Shown here: positions 58,750 to 64,000 of the stretch, in pieces
How positions within the stretch are numbered: position 1 is the first letter of the stretch
How the letters are laid out: every line of letters begins with the position of its first letter
NCBI GenBank assembly: GCA_036785375.1
Contig: JAWMAR010000390.1
Location: 62,001-126,000 of the forward strand
DNA from: Leucoraja ocellata
Taxonomy: Eukaryota
DNA length: 64,000 nt
Reading direction: 5' to 3'
The notes under the pieces: model-generated
Told to the model about the DNA's origin: nothing
The model's database searches: none
Seen by the model: the letters and a program-made list of their open reading frames with translations, nothing else
Made by a program: the position numbers and the translations under genes

Positions 58750-59635
58750 GTGTCATAGTCATACCCTGTGGAAACAGGCCGTTCAGCCCACACCAACCAA
58801 CATGTCCCATTTATACTAGTCCCTCTTGCCTGAGTTTAGCCCATATAAACCTGTTCTATCCATGTGCTTTCTAATTGCGATTGTCCCTCCCTCAACTACC
58901 TCCTCCGCCAGCTTGTTCCATAAACTCACCATCCCTTGCGTGAAAAAGTTGCCCCTCAGATTCCTATGAAATCTTTCCCTTTTCACCTTAAATCTAAGCC
59001 CTCTGGTTCTCTATTCCCCCCCCCACTCTGGACAAGAAACTCTGTGTGTCCACCTATCTATTCCTCTCATGATTTTATGCACCTCTATAAGATCAGCCCT
59101 TACACCCCTTATCCTCCTGTGTTCAAGGAAATAGAGTCCCAGCCTGCTCAACCTCTCCCTTTTGCTCGGACCCTAAAGTCCTGGCAACATTCTGGTAAAT
59201 CTCCTCTGCATCCTTTCCAACTTAACAGCATCTTTCTAATAACATGGTGCCCAGAACTGAACACAATACTCTAAATGTGGCCTCACCAAAGTCTTGTATA
59301 ACTGCAACATGACCTCCCAACTTCTATACTCAATACTGAATGTGCCAAAAGCCCTTTTGACCACCCCATCTACCTGTGACGCCACCTTCGAGAAACAATA
59401 TACCTGCACTCCTAGATCCCTTTGCTCAACAATACTTCTCAGAGGCCTACAATTTACAGTGCAGGTCCTGCCCATGTTAGACTTTCCATAATACAATGCC
59501 TCTCATTTCTCTGTATTCAATGTTGATTCCATCAACCGTTCCTCAGCCCACCTGGCCAAATGACCAAGATCCTGCTGCAATTTTTGACAACTATCTTCAC
59601 ACAATACCACCCACTTTTATATCATCTGCAAACTG
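58750..59635 (-). mobile_element. CR1 LINE 3' part (older subfamily)
   Basis: ORF 59236..59496: EQRDLGVQV...[29 protein letters not shown]. Confidence 0.85.
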
Positions 59636-60079
59636 TGGATATATTTTAGCTTTAAATGTATATTAGATGTTGTATATCTTGTACATTAATAGAAACTCTT
59701 GCAGTTTGATTATTACTTGCCAGTTTACTCATTCCATTCTCTTCCTCCTTTGAGGTTCTTCGTCCTCAACAGCTGGTTTCAGAAAATTTCCCATTCCTCT
59801 GGTCTACCAATAGTTTTTGGCACTTTGCTCTAGTTTTGGTCCTTGATTTCCTTTTGTTAATCATGGACTATTCATCTTTATCATTGTCTCTCTTTCTGAT
59901 TGGGTTAAATTTCCCATGAGCACATTGAAGTTGTTGCTAAAATAATTGCCTCTATTCATTTATTAATGCCTCTATTCATTTATTAACTGATAACTTATTT
60001 TTACCAGTCATTTTTTCCTTCATATCTTTGTACTTTCCCTTATTTGAGTTGAGGGCACTGGTTTTGAGGACCCAAGGGG

Positions 60080-61330
60080 TTAGTTCTCATCTCTGGATCA
60101 GAGCTGGGAACTGAACATCCAAGCACACACATCCTATTGAAAAGACAGGCATGTGGGCAGAGGTGGTGGGGTGGCTCTGTTGGTGAGGAATGAAATCTGA
60201 TCCTTAACAAGAAACTACATAGGAACAGAATATGTAGAATCCTTGGGGGTAGAGTTTGGAAAAACTGCGAGGGTAAAAAGATCCTGATGGAAGTAATTAT
60301 TAAGCCTTCAAATAGTAGCCAGGAGGTAGGATACAAATTATGTCAGGTGACCAAAAAGGCATGTAAGAAAGGCAATGTTAGTGTGGTCATGGGGAATTTC
60401 AAGATGCTGATAGACTGGGAGAATCAGATCGGTACTGGGTCCCAAGAGAAGAAATTTGTAGAATGCCAATGAGATTGCTTTTTAGAGCAGCTTGTGGTCG
60501 AGTCCACAATGGGGGGGGGGGGGAAAGCAGTTCTGGATTTGTTGTTGTGTAATGAACCAGATTTGATTAGGGAGCTTAAGGTGAAGGAACCCCATGGCAT
60601 TGATCATACGTGATAGAATTCAACCTGCAGTTCGAGAGGGAAAAGCCGAAAACAGATGCATTAATATTACTGTTGAATAAAGATAACAACAGAGGCATGA
60701 GGAAGGAGCTGGCTATAGCTCGTTAGACGGGAACCCTAGCGGGAATGGAACATCAATGACAGGAGTTTCTGGGAGCAATTCAGAAGATGAAAAAACTTTT
60801 CATCTCCAAGAGGAAGAAACATACTAAGGTGAGAATGAGGTGACCATGGCTGACAAAAGAAGTCAAAGATAGCATAACAAGAAGGCATCAAATATGGCAA
60901 AGATTGGCGGGAAGCTAGAGGATTGGGAAGCGTTTAAAAACCAACAGAAGGCAACTGAAAAAGCAATACGAGGAAAAAAGGTGAAATATGAAGGTAAGCT
61001 AGTCAATAATATAAGAGGACACCAAAAGTTTCTTCAGATATGTAAAGAGTAAAAGAGGCAGGAGTGGATGTTGGAGCACTCGAAAATGACAATGGAAAAG
61101 TTGAGAGAGAGAGAGCTAATTCTGTGCAATTCATTGCCACAGGAAGTTGTGGAAGCCAAGTCATTTGGTCTGTTTAATGAGGAGATTGATAGGTTCTTCA
61201 TTAGAATGGACATCAAATTTTATGGGGTGAAGGCATGAAAATCGAGTTGGGGGTGGGGGGGCATAAATAGATCAGCCATTATCGATTGGCGGAGTAGACT
61301 CGATGGTCCGAATGGCCTAATTGTTCACCT
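60080..61330 (+). mobile_element. Degenerate CR1 ORF2 endonuclease/linker fragment plus tail
   Basis: VVMGNF..IDWENQ, AVLDLLLCNEPDLI and PWLTKEVKDSI motifs with stops. Confidence 0.8.
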
Positions 61331-62299
61331 GCCTGATCTTGTGAGTATCTAATTCCAGAATGTTGTGATCACTAGTGGAGGACCCTTATCTATGACATGA
61401 CCAAATCTAAAATAGCCAGTTTCTGGATAGCTTCTGTACCATAATTCCCTGGTGCACTCCACAAATCCCTCTTTCTTGATACTGTGCTGGTTTGATTAGT
61501 CAAATTGATAAGCTCATTAAAATCTCTCATGATAACTGCACTTTCCTTCTTGCAAGCCTTCAATATTTCTCCATCTTTGCTTTGTCCTACCATGACAACA
61601 GTTTGGGTGTCGACAGACCACATACATCAATGCTGCCATCCTCTTGTATTTCTTAATTTCCACAGTCTAATTCATTGCATGTACATCACTATGAACTCAC
61701 CAGTGATTTCTTCCTTAGTAAACAACACTTCTGTGGCCCTCTAGTTTCATTTTTGCTTATTCTTGTGGAACATCTAATAACCTGGAATGTTGAGTTCCCA
61801 GTCCAGGCCATCCTTCACCCCTATTAAATATTGCATGTATTCAAATAGAGGCTTGAACTTTGACTTGGTGCAGTTGTTAGTTCCTCTGGTTCCAATATCT
61901 GCTGCACATTTTCACTGATAGTTATGCCTCTTCCTGCCACGCTTTGTTTTTTATTCTAAAACCTCCAAATTGAACCCTGTCCCTCATTCAGACTATATTA
62001 CTTTTGTTGCAAGAGATCCGTGTCTGTTCCCCCTAATTATACATTTACTATAGACAAAAGTGCTGGAGAAACTCAGCGGGTGCAGCAGCATCTATGGAGC
62101 GAAGGAAATAGGCAATGTTTCGGGCTGAAACCCTTCATTATTCATTCAGTTTTTTGTCCTTGGACTCATAGAGAGGTACAATGTGGAAACCGGCCCCTTA
62201 CGTCCACCTTGTTTATGCTGACCAAATGGGTAAATGGGTCTAGTCCCATTTGCTCCATATTCCTACAAACCATTCCTATCCATATATACCATATAAAAG

Positions 62300-63660
62300 T
62301 ATTAATTGTATCCACCTCTTTCTTCTGGCATATCTCATTCTAGATACTGATTACCCTCTGGGGGGGAAAATTGCCGCTGATATCCTTGCATCACTCCTCA
62401 CTCACATTGCCTTCTTTAGAATCCTCTATCCTGGAAGAAAGGACTGAGCATTCATTTTATCCATGATTTTGTGCACTTCAATGACTTCACCATTCAGTCT
62501 CCTACACGGCAAATCCAATCCAATCCAACTTTATTTGTTAAGCACTTTAAAACAGCCAATGTTGACCAAAGTGGTGTACAGAAGAATAAACAAGACATCA
62601 TAACAGCTCACATGAGGCGCAAAAATTACATATGAAATACAACAATAAATTAAAAGACATAAAACATGAGTAAAAATAATAACCACGGAATAAAAGCAAT
62701 CAAAAAATAAGAAATTTAGTCAAGTAAATAAATAAAGTCGACATCTTACTGGGTATCAAAGGCCACGGAGAAGAGATGGGTTTTAAGAAGTGAGCAAAGA
62801 GAAAAGTCACAGTCTATCCAGCCTCTCCCTATACCGCGAGCCCTCACATCTCGGTAACATCCTGGTTAATTGTTTCTGCACTCTTTCCAACTTAATGACA
62901 TCCATCCTATAACTGGGTGACCAGAACTGCGCACACCATTCCAGGTTTTGCCTCTGCAGGGACTTATACAGCTGATGTACCAACCTTTTTTACTCTCCGT
63001 CCCTTCCGAAGGAAGGCAAATATGTCAAACCTCTTCACTACCCTGTCCACATTCAGGGAACCATTCACATATACTCCCAAGATGACACAAAATGCTGGAG
63101 TAACTCAGCGGACCAGGCAGCATTTCTGGGTAGAAGGAATGGGTGACGTTTCGGGTCGAGAACCGCCTTCAGTCAGACAAAATGTGTTACTCCAGCATTT
63201 TGTGTCTATCTTCAGTGTAAACCCGTATCCTTCCTGCACAGGTACTTTCAGATCTCTTTGTTCTATAACTCTCCAGGCTCTATCATTTACTGCGTAAGTT
63301 GAGTCTTGATTTTACGTACAAAAAAGCAATATCTCTCCCTTTTCAGAGTTAAATTCCATTTGCCATTCCTTGGCTTACCTACTAAACTGATATATATCTT
63401 GTTGCAAATTTGGATAACCTTCCTCAGTGTCCACTGCACCACCTATCTTTGCGTCACATGCAAATTTACTAACAATTACATTGTCATCCAAATTGTTAAT
63501 GCGTATAACAAACAGCAACTGACTCAGCACTGACACCACGGGTGCTCCAGTGGTCATAGGCCTCCAATCAGAAAAACAACCCTCCACAAGTATTCCTTGA
63601 CCCCTTCCTCTCAGCCAATTTTGAATCCAATTGTCTGGCTCACCATGTGATCTAACCTTC
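62300..63660 (-). mobile_element. Old CR1 fragment with later insertions (a (CCAAT)n-tailed LINE end at ~62511-62790 and Penelope repeats at ~63080-63240)
   Basis: ORF 63375..63587 (SDWRP.T.G.P..SVL..LLFVI.INNLD..VSKFA.DAKIGG). Confidence 0.7.
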
Positions 63661-64000
63661 CAGCCAAACCTACGTTAGTTGACCTTCAATGGGTATAAAG
63701 GCTATAATGAATTCTGCAGCTGATGCAATTTGAGAATCCAGTACACAATGAGGAAAATAAAAACAGTCTTAAGCAGAGCAAGAAGGATTGAAGAAACGAG
63801 TGGACTCAAAATACATTTTTAATGGAAGAATGAAAATGGCAATGAAAATAGTACAAATTTCGAGGTTGCCTGATCACAGTCTTAGGTTTCAAATCTACAC
63901 TTTGTTAATTGGGGGTGTGTTTACGTATTGTAATACTTTACTGGATTTTGTTAGAAAATAATTTCACTATTTGCACACGTGACAATAAAAGCACCATTGC

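Noticed and set aside
55979-64000. FNIP2 exon 3
   Set aside because: No recognisable FNIP-like coding segment with splice sites; the region is mostly CR1 debris.

Overview
Vertebrate (not microbial) genomic DNA. The repeat content (CR1/HER1-like LINEs, HE1-type V-SINEs, DeuSINE relics, abundant Penelope-like terminal repeats) points to a cartilaginous fish, probably a skate or ray (inference). Two genes lie head-to-head: PPID (cyclophilin-40) on the minus strand, coding exons 1-6 (25905 down to 3463; the remaining TPR exons were not found and presumably lie left of the window), and FNIP2 on the plus strand, coding exons 1-2 (30771-30859, 55852-55978; about 25 kb intron 1). All splice junctions were read by eye; all are GT-AG and phase-consistent. 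The rest is mostly transposon-derived: CR1, Rex1/Babar, Tx1 and Penelope fragments, a solo LTR, hAT, Tc1/mariner and Harbinger MITEs, and Helitrons. Most ORF-track entries are repeat by-products. Most notable: many hammerhead-ribozyme-like cores in Penelope-type terminal repeats; a hAT-bounded 3.2 kb unit carrying an apparent captured CpG-rich first exon; an FNIP2 promoter made of a tandem CCAAT array plus an M-box and an overlapping uORF; a four-level transposon nest with target-site duplications (TSDs) intact at its three TIR layers; and a non-autonomous retroposon family with a structure-conserved 3' hairpin that repeatedly landed in the same part of the CR1 tail. Family names come from recalled motifs, not database searches; boundaries without TSDs are approximate.
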